From: Candidatus Nanohalarchaeota archaeon
GTDB lineage: Archaea > Nanohalarchaeota > Nanosalinia > Nanosalinales > Nanosalinaceae
DNA: 64,000 bases
Assembly (NCBI GenBank): GCA_022729235.1
Contig: JALDAJ010000001.1
Coordinates: 544,001-608,000 of the forward strand
Direction: 5' to 3'
Every line of letters begins with the position of its first letter. Position 1 is the stretch's first letter. Of the stretch, positions 47,729 to 58,128 are shown piece by piece. The position numbers were made by a program, and so were the translations under genes. The notes beneath the pieces are model-generated. The model was not told where the DNA came from, ran no database searches, and saw only the letters and a program-made list of their open reading frames with translations.

Positions 47729-48082
47729 CTACGGCAGATATCTTTCTCTGTTGTTTTCTTTCCATACTTGGTAAGTACGTTGGGGTATTGAGGTTCCTGC
47801 AAGCATTGCAGATCCTCTAAGTAAAGCGGAAGAGGTTCCAACGGCTAGACTGGTCTTAAGATATCCTTTTGCAGCAGATGCTCCTGTTATTATTGCACCC
47901 CAGTATGCCAGATTGTTCGCTAATTCGATACCTGCCTCTTTGACATCCATATTTTCTATCTCATCTCGCACTATGTCTGAGTATGTAGAATCTGTTTCTA
48001 GGGCTTCATGAGACGATATCTGTGATTCAAGCAGTTCTTCCCAGGATTCCTCTCCTGCTTTTTCAAGATAAACGGGGTCCAT
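47729..48082 (-). CDS. Hypothetical protein
   Basis: Acidic N-terminus, Ala/Gly/Ser-rich hydrophobic hairpin. Confidence 0.55.
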   Translation of the reverse strand: MDPVYLEKAGEESWEELLESQISSHEALETDSTYSDIVRDEIENMDVKEAGIELANNLAYWGAIITGASAAKGYLKTSLAVGTSSALLRGSAMLAGTSIPQRTYQVWKENNRERYLP

Positions 48083-48155
48083 AAGGAAGATTTAGAGGAT
48101 GGTATCGACTATTAGAATTTGTTCGGAAGAATGTAGGTCTCGGAGTAGAATAAGC

Positions 48156-48611
48156 CTATATCTGGTCTGGAGAGTCAATTTCTATTTCTCCGTCCGGGTC
48201 AGTCTCTATCTCTATTGTTATACCATACTCGTCTGGGTTATATTCCATTCCAACTTCTTTGTGAAGCTCGCGAAGACGTCTATCTATCTCCAGTTCGTCG
48301 TCCACAGTCTCGCCATCGTAAGCTTCAAGTTTCTCGTCGATAGTTACAGAGGCGTCAAAATCTTCTGTCTGTCCGTACTGCTTTCTGGTTATTTCTGCTT
48401 CGCGTCTATGAGCGTATATTGCTCCGCCTGTACACACTACCGTGTTCAGTATCCAAATTCCTGCGGAATCTCCGTTCAGAAGTCTTTCTATAGCTACTAT
48501 ACTTGAGCCTGCGGCACCAACTCCTAATACGACTTCTGCTAAGGAATTAGGAGCGTAGTTTGTAGGTAAATACTCGAAGTAATTGTCAATAGGCTTACTT
48601 CCATTGTTCAT
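48156..48611 (-). CDS. Hypothetical protein
   Basis: Two weak TM segments and an acidic C-terminus. Confidence 0.55.
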   Translation of the reverse strand: MNNGSKPIDNYFEYLPTNYAPNSLAEVVLGVGAAGSSIVAIERLLNGDSAGIWILNTVVCTGGAIYAHRREAEITRKQYGQTEDFDASVTIDEKLEAYDGETVDDELEIDRRLRELHKEVGMEYNPDEYGITIEIETDPDGEIEIDSPDQI

Positions 48612-48658
48612 TTTAACCAGATAAATAGAAATAGAAAGTAGGGGAAAGGAGAAGAAAC

Positions 48659-49927
48659 TTAGTTCTTCTCTTCGACGCTTAGAGCCATTCCGGCTCCGAC
48701 TGTCTGTCCCATGTCCCTGATCGCGAAACGGCTCATCTGTGGGATTTCGTCGTTTTCTTCGATGACGAGTGGCTGCTGTGGTGTAATCTCCACGATCGCT
48801 GCCTGTCCCTGCTTGATGTAGTCAGGGTCTTCCTCGACTGTTTCGCCGGTCTTAGGGTTCATGGTCTTCTTCAGGTCTGTGAAGGTGCATGAAACCTGTG
48901 CTGTGTTAACGTGGAATACCGGCGTGTACCCTTCGCTGATGACGTTAGGGTGGTTGAGGACGATGACCTGCGCCTCGAAGGAGTCAACGACTGTCGGAGG
49001 ATTGTCTGCTGGTCCTGCAACGTCTCCTTTCTTGACATCGTCTGTTCCTACTCCTCTGGTGTTCCATCCGATGTTGTCCCCTGGCTCTGCAGATTCAACT
49101 TCTTCGTGGTGCATCTCGATTGTCTTAACTTCTCCGCCTACACCTGCGGGCTGGAATGTGAGGTCGTCTCCCTGGGAAATCTCTCCTGTCTCAACACGTC
49201 CTACGGATACAGCTCCGATTCCGGAGATGTTGTAGACGTCCTGGATAGGAATTCTTGTTGGGAGGTCGACAGCTCTTTCAGGTTCTTCGAAGTCGTCTAG
49301 AGCGTCGACAAGGGTTGGTCCGTCGTACCATCCTGTCTCGTCGCTCTCTGTTGCGACGTTCTCTCCTTCGAATGAGGAGATAGGTACGAAGTCGATGTCA
49401 GATGGATCGTATCCTACACCTTGAAGCATCTGGGATACTTCGTCCTTGATGTCGTTGTATGCTCCTTCCTCGTAGTCTTCGAGATCCATCTTGTTGATGG
49501 CGACAGCCAGCTGGTCGATTCCAAGGGTCTTTGCAAGGTATGCGTGCTCCTTGGTCTGCGGCTGGATACCGTCGTCAGCAGCTACGACCAGTACGCCTGC
49601 ATCCGCCTGGGATGCTCCTGTGATCATGTTTTTGATGAAGTCGCGGTGTCCGGGAGCGTCGATGATTGTGAAGTAGTAGTTGTCAGAGTCGAACTCCTGG
49701 TGTGCAAGGTCGATTGTTACTCCTCTTTCACGTTCTTCCTCGATGGTGTCCATCGCGAACGCGAAGGAGAATGTTTCCTTGCCTGCTTCTTCTGCTGCTT
49801 CTTCTAGCTTCCTCATCTCTTCTTGTGGAAGGTTTTCAGTCTCCCACAGTAGTCGTCCGATTGTGGTGGACTTTCCGTGGTCGACGTGACCGATAAATAC
49901 TAGGTTAATGTGTGGTTTGTCTGCCAT
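48659..49927 (-). CDS. tuf: Elongation factor 1-alpha
   Basis: [37 protein letters not shown]. Confidence 0.98.
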   Translation of the reverse strand: MADKPHINLVFIGHVDHGKSTTIGRLLWETENLPQEEMRKLEEAAEEAGKETFSFAFAMDTIEEERERGVTIDLAHQEFDSDNYYFTIIDAPGHRDFIKNMITGASQADAGVLVVAADDGIQPQTKEHAYLAKTLGIDQLAVAINKMDLEDYEEGAYNDIKDEVSQMLQGVGYDPSDIDFVPISSFEGENVATESDETGWYDGPTLVDALDDFEEPERAVDLPTRIPIQDVYNISGIGAVSVGRVETGEISQGDDLTFQPAGVGGEVKTIEMHHEEVESAEPGDNIGWNTRGVGTDDVKKGDVAGPADNPPTVVDSFEAQVIVLNHPNVISEGYTPVFHVNTAQVSCTFTDLKKTMNPKTGETVEEDPDYIKQGQAAIVEITPQQPLVIEENDEIPQMSRFAIRDMGQTVGAGMALSVEEKN

Positions 49928-50031
49928 AGTTTTTGCACCTGCGTATATACCGGAATTAACCGGTTAAACTTTAAAAAGGGTGTCATATACTTGTTCTTAA
50001 ACGATATTAAAGTTTATGACTTAAGAGTTAC

Positions 50032-50385
50032 ATGATGGCTGAAGATCGGGTCCAGCGAGGTAATGTCGAGTATGGTGAACAGAGTGTAGTTTCGGAGAGA
50101 GAATTTTTTGACAGAAACACTCCTGACTCCGTAGGAACGCTAAAATATGAATTTACTGGGGAAAACGGACTTTGCTGTAGACTGACTCTTTTCGATGATG
50201 GCAGGGCTAATTTCTCTTATGAATGGGGTGCTTTGGATGTAGATGATTCGGTATCTCTTAAAAGAGGTAACGATTTAGCTGATAGTTATGGATGGAGATA
50301 TGCTACAGACCAGTTAGATGATGACGACAGAGGACTGCTGGAAGACTTAGCATATGAGATTTTTGAAAATGAGATACTTAGATAA
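50032..50385 (+). CDS. Hypothetical protein
   Basis: Acidic 117-aa ORF between fusA and tuf. Confidence 0.55.
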   Translation: MMAEDRVQRGNVEYGEQSVVSEREFFDRNTPDSVGTLKYEFTGENGLCCRLTLFDDGRANFSYEWGALDVDDSVSLKRGNDLADSYGWRYATDQLDDDDRGLLEDLAYEIFENEILR

Positions 50386-50422
50386 TAACCTTTTCCGCAG
50401 ATACTAGAAAAGAGGGAGGAGT

Positions 50423-52612
50423 TTACTCCTCTCCTGGGCTTGGCATCTCCTGTTTCATGCCTTTTCTCTCGCGGATGTCCATGATCTTTTCTTCCTGGAG
50501 GTTCATCGGTAGTGGTTCGAATACCACATCCTTCGGGTTGAAGAATCCTTTTCCTCCGGTCGCGGATTTCAGGTCGGCTTCGAACCCGAATGATTCATCC
50601 ACAGGTAGTTTGCATGTGAGGACTGCTGAGTCTCCTTCCTCATCCATGTCCATCACGTCACCACGTCTGTTAGAAATCTCTGTCATCGCGTCTCCCATGG
50701 TTGGGGAGGGTGTATCTATCCTGACTACTCTTACAGGTTCGATGAGCTGTGGGGATGCCTGGAGGAAGGATTTTGTTATAGCGTCTTTTGTTGCAGGAAT
50801 CATCTGTGCTGGACCTCTGTGGATTGCATCTTCGTGCAGCTTCGCGTCATGAAGCTTGACCTTGAGACCGATAACCGGTTCCGCTGCAAGTGGTCCTTCA
50901 TCGCAGAACTCTTGGAACGCGTCTACTAAGTACTCCTTGATCTCTCTGAGGTTTTTGATACCTCTGGAGTCATTGATGAAAAGGTTCTCTTCGTAGACTT
51001 CCATGATGTTGTCTGCTTCATCCTTGTCCATTCCTGCATCTACAAGCGCGTCTCTTATCTCGTGTTGTTCATCTGCCTGCATTTTGACTTCTTCGTAGTC
51101 TTCCTTGATGAACTTGCGGACGTCTTCGTCGAGTGGTTCGACTGAAATCTCGAGCTTGTTGTGCCGGTTTGGTGACTTACCTACTACTTCGGGCCCGTCA
51201 TCGTCGATTCCTTCCCTGAATACGACAATCGGTTCGGAGACATCGATGTCGATTCCTTTCTCGTCAAGGTGGCGCTCGATTTTTGCCTCGATGTGTAGTT
51301 CACCGAGTCCGGAGACTAGAGTTTCTCCAGTCTCTTCGTCGATGTCGACCTTGATGGTGTTGTCCTCCTTTGCCCGCTTTCTCAAGGTTTCGATGAGTTT
51401 CGGCAGGTCTGAGGTGCGTTTTGGTTCGATAGACTTTGTGACGACAGGTTCGAACACGTGTTCGATTTGCTCGAAAGGTTCGATTTCGTCTTCTCCTGAA
51501 AGTACGAATGTTTCTCCTGTCGAGAAGTCAGGTCCTGTGATCGCGGCGATGTTGCCCGCGGGAACTGAGTCAACTGTCAGTTTTCTCGGTCCAGAGTAGA
51601 TACCTACCTGCTGCGCTCGCTCGGTTTTCTGCGAGCCGATGCCGTAGAGTTCGTCTCCTTCACTGACTGTTCCGGAGAACAGTCTTGCCGTAGCAATGGT
51701 TCCTGCGTGCTCATCATCTTCTACGTTAGTCACCACTCCGATTAATGGTCCGTCCTGGTCCTGGTCTGCCATTGACTCTCCAACTTCTGTATCAGGTTCT
51801 CCGGGCCATACAGCAGGAATCCTGTAGTCTGCTGATGTCTGTGGGTCTTCGAGGTGTTTTACTACCATGTCAAGAACTACTTCTTCAATCGGTGCGTCTT
51901 GGGATAGTCCTTCGTGGTCTCCCTCGTTCACCCTGTCGATTATTTCCTGGAAGCTGATCCCGGTTTCTTGCATGTAAGGAACTGAGATAGCCCAATTCTT
52001 GAGGGCGGAACCGAACGCTACTGTTCCGTCGTTTACAGCCATCTTCCATTCTTCCGCGGTCTCTTCATCCGCGTATTTTCTTAGCGCGGTGTTAACTTCT
52101 CTTATGATTTTTGTAAAACGTTCCTGCATCTCTTCAGGTGTTAACTGCATCTCTTCGATAAGTCGGTCTACCTTGTTGATGAATAGTACTGGCTTAACTC
52201 CTTCCTGGAGCGCCTGCTTCATGACGGTCTCGGTCTGGGGCATGACTCCGTCGACCGCGTCTACAAGTACTACTACGCCGTCAACCGCACGCATCGCGCG
52301 TGTAACGTCGCCACCGAAGTCAACGTGCCCGGGAGTATCGATAAGGTTGATCAAGTAGTCATCGCCGTCAAATTCGTGGACCATCGAGATGTTCGCGGAG
52401 TAGATAGTGATACCTCTTTCCGCTTCCTGGTCGTCGAAGTCCATGAAGCGCTGGTCTCCAGCAAGCTTCTCCGAAATCATGCCTGCTCTCGCAAGCAGGT
52501 TGTCTGTTAGCGTTGTTTTTCCGTGGTCGATGTGCGCTGCGATGGCGATGTTCCTGATTTGTTCCGGGTCGTTGATGACCTCTTTTATGGCGTCAAGCTC
52601 TTTGTCGCTCAT
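50423..52612 (-). CDS. fusA: Elongation factor 2
   Basis: AHIDHGKTT, RGITI, DTPGHVDF, NKVD, GELH, diphthamide loop HEDAIHRG. Confidence 0.98.
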   Translation of the reverse strand: MSDKELDAIKEVINDPEQIRNIAIAAHIDHGKTTLTDNLLARAGMISEKLAGDQRFMDFDDQEAERGITIYSANISMVHEFDGDDYLINLIDTPGHVDFGGDVTRAMRAVDGVVVLVDAVDGVMPQTETVMKQALQEGVKPVLFINKVDRLIEEMQLTPEEMQERFTKIIREVNTALRKYADEETAEEWKMAVNDGTVAFGSALKNWAISVPYMQETGISFQEIIDRVNEGDHEGLSQDAPIEEVVLDMVVKHLEDPQTSADYRIPAVWPGEPDTEVGESMADQDQDGPLIGVVTNVEDDEHAGTIATARLFSGTVSEGDELYGIGSQKTERAQQVGIYSGPRKLTVDSVPAGNIAAITGPDFSTGETFVLSGEDEIEPFEQIEHVFEPVVTKSIEPKRTSDLPKLIETLRKRAKEDNTIKVDIDEETGETLVSGLGELHIEAKIERHLDEKGIDIDVSEPIVVFREGIDDDGPEVVGKSPNRHNKLEISVEPLDEDVRKFIKEDYEEVKMQADEQHEIRDALVDAGMDKDEADNIMEVYEENLFINDSRGIKNLREIKEYLVDAFQEFCDEGPLAAEPVIGLKVKLHDAKLHEDAIHRGPAQMIPATKDAITKSFLQASPQLIEPVRVVRIDTPSPTMGDAMTEISNRRGDVMDMDEEGDSAVLTCKLPVDESFGFEADLKSATGGKGFFNPKDVVFEPLPMNLQEEKIMDIRERKGMKQEMPSPGEE

Positions 52613-52715
52613 TTTAGTTTAAACCTCGATTTATGTTGAAAGAAAGAGTTACAAGATTTAAAAGGGCATCGTGAAAGTGCTTGCTGAATAGAATATAGTA
52701 AGTAAATGAGGGAGC

Positions 52716-53345
52716 TTACCGTGCTCCTTCTGCCTCGCGTTCTCTGCGTTCTTTCTCTCTGACTGCTCTGATTTCCGAGCTTTCGTTTGCGGCTTCCATT
52801 ATCTCGTTCGCAAGTGTTTCGACCGCGTCGCTTGAGGAAGCAAGTCTGTTCTCGTACGCTCCCTGTACAAGTAGCCTGATCGCGAGGTCTACACGTCTCT
52901 GTGGGCTTACAAGTACTGCTTTCCGTGCTCTTACACCACCGCGTTGATAGGTAACTACTTCCTCTGTTGGAGCAGAGTTCTCGATAGCATCAACCAGGAC
53001 TTGAATAGGGTTCTCTCCTGTCTCGTCTTCGATAGTCTCGAAGATTTCCTCTATCATGTTCCAGAGTTTCTGGCTGTCTCCGGTGTTGTGTCCGGAGTCC
53101 ACCAGGTGTTTTCCACCCCTGTGTCCTGCGACGTACATCCTGTTGAGGAGTCTTTCAACTACTGGTGTGTCCGCCTTGTAGAACTGTCTTTCTGTGTGTC
53201 TTCCGCGGGAGCGTGGTGCAAGAATGTTTTCGAGATTGAGGTATCTTACTAGTCCATCGTCCTCGATTTCTACTTCTTCAGCATCCCATCTCCCGAAGGT
53301 TAGTATTTCGTCGTTGATTTCGATAGCTGCAGGATTGTCAGTCAC
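52716..53345 (-). CDS. rps7: Ribosomal protein S7
   Basis: VERL.N, NP.QVLV.AIEN.AP, SPQRRVD.A; GTG start at 53345 after GGTGA. Confidence 0.95.
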   Translation of the reverse strand: MTDNPAAIEINDEILTFGRWDAEEVEIEDDGLVRYLNLENILAPRSRGRHTERQFYKADTPVVERLLNRMYVAGHRGGKHLVDSGHNTGDSQKLWNMIEEIFETIEDETGENPIQVLVDAIENSAPTEEVVTYQRGGVRARKAVLVSPQRRVDLAIRLLVQGAYENRLASSSDAVETLANEIMEAANESSEIRAVREKERREREAEGAR

Positions 53346-53352
53346 TCGAAAA

Positions 53353-53775
53353 TCACCGCGTTGGTTTCTCCGCGTCGCCTTCAACGAGTTGCTCAAGTGA
53401 GACGCCGTTGACTTTTACGACTTTGTACCGGACGGTTGGGATATCTCCTTTCGGTCCTCCCTTTGCGCCTCCGATTCCTTCGATGAGTACTTCGTCGTGC
53501 TCGTCGATGAAGTCGATTGCACCGTCTCCTGGTACGAACGCGGTGAGTTGTTTACCGTTTTTGATCAGTTGCACGCGCACACATTTTCTCAGTGCGGAGT
53601 TCGGCTGTTTTGCCTCGATAACGCGTTTTTCAAGGACGATTCCGCGACCCTGTGGTGAGCCTTCTAGCGGGTCAGCTTTCTCCTTGAGATTCTCCATTCT
53701 GCGCTTGTAGTCGATGTCGCTCCAGCGCTGTTCCTGGCGCTTTTTCCGAAGCTTGCGTGCGTTGTAAAGTCCCAT
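53353..53775 (-). CDS. rps12: Ribosomal protein S12
   Basis: [23 protein letters not shown]. Confidence 0.97.
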   Translation of the reverse strand: MGLYNARKLRKKRQEQRWSDIDYKRRMENLKEKADPLEGSPQGRGIVLEKRVIEAKQPNSALRKCVRVQLIKNGKQLTAFVPGDGAIDFIDEHDEVLIEGIGGAKGGPKGDIPTVRYKVVKVNGVSLEQLVEGDAEKPTR

Positions 53776-53824
53776 GTTCAGTGCCTCGAAGTTAAACTTT
53801 TTATATACCCTGTAGTGTCAAAGG

Positions 53825-53998
53825 TTAGTTCTGTTCTCCAGGTTCTTCTCCTGAAGCCTTCTCTGGCATCGGCCCGCTGTAACCACAATTTCTACATATC
53901 CAGTCATTTATGTTGCCGTGGGAGAAAACAGTTGTCCCGGTGGTATCTGGTTTCACGTTCTTTGAGCCGCATTCCGGGCAGGAACGTTTGTTTGACAT
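53825..53998 (-). CDS. CPxCG zinc-finger microprotein, 57 aa
   Basis: Manual translation MSNKRSCPECGSKNV...WICRNCGYSGPMPE...; below the ORF-track cutoff. Confidence 0.75.
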   Translation of the reverse strand: MSNKRSCPECGSKNVKPDTTGTTVFSHGNINDWICRNCGYSGPMPEKASGEEPGEQN

Positions 53999-54035
53999 GA
54001 AGAAATTATGTGGGGGTTCATGGTATTGTGTTTTT

Positions 54036-54458
54036 CTATTCTACAGTGACTTCATCGACGTCGTGTGTTCTTGCGAGGATGTTGCGGATGGATTCTATCT
54101 TGTTACCGTTTTTTCCTACTACTCTGCCCTTGTTTTCGCGTGAGACCTGGATTTCGACCTCTTTTTCTTCTCCGTTCTCTTCTACGTCGACCCCTCTTAT
54201 ATCTGCTGATAGTATGTTGTTGAGGAACTTGCCGATGTTGTCGCTGTACTCGTAAACTTTGATGTCCTTGTTGAGTTTTCTCTGAACCTTCTGGACTATT
54301 TTTCCGCCTTTTCCTATTGCCATCCCTGCTTTTCCTTCAGGGACTACGAAGTAGGCTTCGTCTTCTTTTATAACGCAGTCTACTGTGTCGACTCCGGTGA
54401 CGTTTTCGAAGATGTTGATCGCCCGGAGCATGTCTGTGTCGTAGGTTACATTTCCCAT
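54036..54458 (-). CDS. nusA: Archaeal NusA (KH domains)
   Basis: FE..TG....DC, G.AIGKGG, G..VGKNG. Confidence 0.93.
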   Translation of the reverse strand: MGNVTYDTDMLRAINIFENVTGVDTVDCVIKEDEAYFVVPEGKAGMAIGKGGKIVQKVQRKLNKDIKVYEYSDNIGKFLNNILSADIRGVDVEENGEEKEVEIQVSRENKGRVVGKNGNKIESIRNILARTHDVDEVTVE

Positions 54459-54523
54459 GCTGTTATCCTTGTTATCTATGCCTGAGAAGGCTTGTTTTAT
54501 AAAGGGTTTGTGGTTTCATGGCT

Positions 54524-55633
54524 TTACTCACTGCTGAATCCTGCCTTGAGGTCGATCATACCTGTTCCAACAGGTACCGACTGGCCAACTATTATATTTT
54601 CAACGATTCCTTCAAGTTCGTCTGTTTCTCCCTGGAGTGTTCCCTGGATGAGGTGTTTCTTCGTCTCCTCGAATGCGGATCTTGCCAGTATCGACTTCTT
54701 GTTCCCGACGATTCCGTAACGGGTGGTTCCGTTGAGTTCTCCTTCTTTGGTCATCATATCTGCGAGTAGCATGATGTGCCTGTCATCGACGCTGATTCCC
54801 TGGGCTGCCAGTGTTTCGTTTATCTCTTCTATAATCTGGTGTCTTAGTGCTTCTACTCCCAGGACTTTTTTGACTTCGAAGAGGTCGTTCGAGACGGTGC
54901 GGTTCTCATCTACTTCCTCTATCTTGAGTGTTTTCCTCAGGGAGGTTCCTGCAGTCTGCAGTCTCCATTCATCATTTTCTTCCTGGATAACGACCTGTTC
55001 GATTCCTTTTATCCCTTTTATCCGGGTTTCCTCTGCCTTTTCCTTTATGTCCTGTAGGTCTCTCAAGTCGTAGTCTTCTTCTGAAGAAGCGATTACGAGT
55101 TCGTTGTCTCCGGCTATCTCGATTTTCGCCTTTTTCGCTTTTTCCTGCACCCTGGATTTAACGTCTTCCATGTCAACGTCGTAGTCATCCAGTAGGTCGG
55201 CATTTAGGTTATAGGAGACTTCGAGTTGCATTATGTCGATAGTATCCTTTCTAACCAGGTCTTCCAGTGTTACTTCTCTGAGTTTCCTTGCGACTTTCTT
55301 TGCATCTTCTTCGCTACTGTAGTCTTCTTTCAGGTATACATCCATGGACGGTGTGTCAGGGTTGCGCCTGGCGTCCACGATTTCGATGAGGCGCGGAAGT
55401 CCTGCAGTAAGTGATACCTGTGCAGCTCCTGCTGCGTGGTATGTTTCCATTGTCAGCTGTGTAGCGGGTTCCGCGAGTGACTGTGCTGCAACGAGACCTA
55501 TGGCTTCTCCCGGCTCGTACTGCATCTTCTCGTATCTTTCCTCTAGTTTTTCCTGTGTTTCAGCCTCTACTCCTAGTTCCCTGTATCTTGGAGGTAGTTC
55601 CTGTGCGCGATCTTTCCAGCTTATCTCGTTCAT
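54524..55633 (-). CDS. rpoA2: RNA polymerase subunit A'' (Rpo1C)
   Basis: PGEA.G..AAQS..EPATQ, GLPRL.E, RH..L.AD.MT, AFE; start MNEIS after GAGGTGA. Confidence 0.96.
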   Translation of the reverse strand: MNEISWKDRAQELPPRYRELGVEAETQEKLEERYEKMQYEPGEAIGLVAAQSLAEPATQLTMETYHAAGAAQVSLTAGLPRLIEIVDARRNPDTPSMDVYLKEDYSSEEDAKKVARKLREVTLEDLVRKDTIDIMQLEVSYNLNADLLDDYDVDMEDVKSRVQEKAKKAKIEIAGDNELVIASSEEDYDLRDLQDIKEKAEETRIKGIKGIEQVVIQEENDEWRLQTAGTSLRKTLKIEEVDENRTVSNDLFEVKKVLGVEALRHQIIEEINETLAAQGISVDDRHIMLLADMMTKEGELNGTTRYGIVGNKKSILARSAFEETKKHLIQGTLQGETDELEGIVENIIVGQSVPVGTGMIDLKAGFSSE

Positions 55634-55646
55634 TTTTCGATCACCT

Positions 55647-58115
55647 CTAGTCCGTCTGTATCTCGGTGGATAGTATTCCTCTGTCGGATTTTTGTGGGTC
55701 AACACCGTCTTCTCCTGCCCTGAACTGGATAATCTCTCCCTCTGCGTTCCTGACGGTCTGGTCGTACTCGACTTTCAGGTCTTGCAGAGAGTTTGATACA
55801 CGGCGATACATGTATCCCGATGTTTTTGTTCTCAGCGACTTGTCCATCAGCGCCTTTCTCTGTGACATCTGGTGGAAGAACAGTTCCTGTGCGTCGAGTC
55901 CTTCAAGTATGCTTGAGGAAACGAAACCGTGTGCTTTAGGTGATAACTCTCCTTTCTTGAAGTGTGACGTTGTTCGTCCCTTGTATCCTCTGTTGATTCG
56001 CTGATCTCTTACAGAGTTCTGTCCCAGAAGACCTGCCATGGTTGTAACGTTCTGCATGGAACCTCTTGCTCCGGAGTCGGCCATGACCAGTGCGCTTGAG
56101 TCTTCATCTATCTCGTCTTCTATTATACTTCCTATATCTGTGAATACTTCGTTCAGGGTTGTCGTGATCTTGATTTCCCGGGTTTCCTCCAGGGTCTTTC
56201 CGGTTATAGCCTCCATCTCATCTCCCCTGTATCTTTCGATGACCTCTTCGGCGTTTCCTACTGTGTTCTGGATAAGTTCATTGATTTCTTCGGTTGCTTC
56301 GTCAGGTATCTCCAGGTCGTCGAGGCTGATTGAGAACCCTCTCCGTGTGAGGTAGACCGAGCCTATCCTTGAAACACGGTTCAGGAATTCTGAGACTTTG
56401 TCGCTCCCGTACTCAATATTGAGTTGCTGTATGATTTCTCCTCCGTAGTCTCCGAGTGCGTCTTCGTCCAGTACCCCCTTCACGAGTTGACCGTCTTCGA
56501 TCACCAATTCGTTGTCTTCTCCCTCGTTTATTGTCAGTGAGATGTCGTCTGGTATGAAGAGCGATACCAGGTCTTCTCCCTTTATAGTTTCCTGGTCAGG
56601 AAGAGATTTTTCGTGTTCTCCTGCCTCTGCGAGCAGGTTGAACGCTTCTTCCTGTGTTAGTTCAGTATCCCCGCGTGTCAGTAGGTACAGTCCTGACACG
56701 TAGTCCTGAAGCATGCCTAGAATCGGTGCTCCCATCTTCGGTGACTTGGCGTGTTCCTGCACCTTCATCAGTTCTTCTGCTTCCGCCCTTGCTTCCTCTG
56801 TCTGTGGCACGTGGAGGTTCATCTCGTCGCCGTCGAAGTCTGCGTTGTATGGTGCGCAGACGTTCGGGTTGATACGGAAGGTGCGTTGAGGTAGTACGCG
56901 CACCCGGTGTGCCATGATAGACATCCTGTGTAGAGATGGTTGTCGGTTGAATAGTACGACATCTTCGTCCTGGAGGTGCCGTTCGATTTTCCATCCTTCT
57001 CCAGGTTCTATCATTTCGAGTAGTTCTTCCTTGTTTTCCTCCGTTATCCTTCTTCTCCTCCCGTCAGGGTGGAAAACGTAGTTCGCGCCGGGATGTTCTT
57101 CAGGTCCGTTTTCGACCGCTTCGATCATTTCGTCGTAGTTTCTTTCATTGACTTTTCTGGCGATAGAGAGTTTCTGCGCTATTTCTTTGGGCACCCCGAC
57201 CTCGTTGATCCCTATGTTCGGGTCTGGTGATATCACTGTTCTTGCGGAGAAGTTGACACGTTTTCCTATCAGGTTCTGTCGGAACCGTCCTTCCTTACCC
57301 TGGACGCGCTCGATAAGCGACTTGAGGCTTCTTCCTGATCTGTGCCGTGCCGGTGGTACGCCAGACATGTCGTTGTAGAATAGTGTTGATACGTGGTACT
57401 GCAGTAGCTCCCAGAGGTCGTCGATAATGAACTCCGGTGCCTCGATTTCGATGTTGTTCTGCAGTCTCTTGTTAATCCTGATAATATCGACTAGTTTGTG
57501 TGTGATGTCGTCCTCACTTCTTTCACCTGTTTCCAGTGTGATGGAGGGTCTCATCGTTACAGGTGGTACCGGTACGTGTGTCAGGACGAGGTTCTTGGGG
57601 TCGCTTCCTTCGACACCCAGTACTGCCGCGTTTTCTTCCGGTATCATCGCCAGTCTTTCCCTTATTTCATCCGGCTTGATCTCGTTTCCTCCTTCGTAGA
57701 AGCTGTACGGCTTGTCGAGATCGATATCTTCCTGTTCTTCCCCGCATTCCGGGCATTCAGTCTTCAGGTTGCTTTTTCTGAGAGACTTGTCTTCATCCTT
57801 GATAAGCAGTGACTGGCATTCTGTACAGGTGAATCTGAGTAGGTTCCTGACTTTTTTGGTGTATAGTACGTGTACTACCGGTCTTGAAAGCCGGATTATA
57901 CCGAAGTGTCCCTGGCATTCTCTTATTCTCCCGCCGCATGTCTGGCAGGTCATTCCTGGGTCGATTACACCCAGTGCAGGGTCCATAACCCCGTCTTCAA
58001 CAGGGAATCCGTCTGCGTCGTATACTTCTGCCTTGTTGATTTCTTTTACAGCTATTTCCTGGAGTTTTTCCGAGCTTAGGATTCCGAAGTCAAGTTTTTC
58101 GATCTTTTTTGTCAT
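55647..58115 (-). CDS. rpoA1: RNA polymerase subunit A' (Rpo1N)
   Basis: NADFDGDEMN, GKRV.FSAR, NRQPSLH. Confidence 0.98.
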   Translation of the reverse strand: MTKKIEKLDFGILSSEKLQEIAVKEINKAEVYDADGFPVEDGVMDPALGVIDPGMTCQTCGGRIRECQGHFGIIRLSRPVVHVLYTKKVRNLLRFTCTECQSLLIKDEDKSLRKSNLKTECPECGEEQEDIDLDKPYSFYEGGNEIKPDEIRERLAMIPEENAAVLGVEGSDPKNLVLTHVPVPPVTMRPSITLETGERSEDDITHKLVDIIRINKRLQNNIEIEAPEFIIDDLWELLQYHVSTLFYNDMSGVPPARHRSGRSLKSLIERVQGKEGRFRQNLIGKRVNFSARTVISPDPNIGINEVGVPKEIAQKLSIARKVNERNYDEMIEAVENGPEEHPGANYVFHPDGRRRRITEENKEELLEMIEPGEGWKIERHLQDEDVVLFNRQPSLHRMSIMAHRVRVLPQRTFRINPNVCAPYNADFDGDEMNLHVPQTEEARAEAEELMKVQEHAKSPKMGAPILGMLQDYVSGLYLLTRGDTELTQEEAFNLLAEAGEHEKSLPDQETIKGEDLVSLFIPDDISLTINEGEDNELVIEDGQLVKGVLDEDALGDYGGEIIQQLNIEYGSDKVSEFLNRVSRIGSVYLTRRGFSISLDDLEIPDEATEEINELIQNTVGNAEEVIERYRGDEMEAITGKTLEETREIKITTTLNEVFTDIGSIIEDEIDEDSSALVMADSGARGSMQNVTTMAGLLGQNSVRDQRINRGYKGRTTSHFKKGELSPKAHGFVSSSILEGLDAQELFFHQMSQRKALMDKSLRTKTSGYMYRRVSNSLQDLKVEYDQTVRNAEGEIIQFRAGEDGVDPQKSDRGILSTEIQTD

Positions 58116-58128
58116 TATTTGTTCACCT

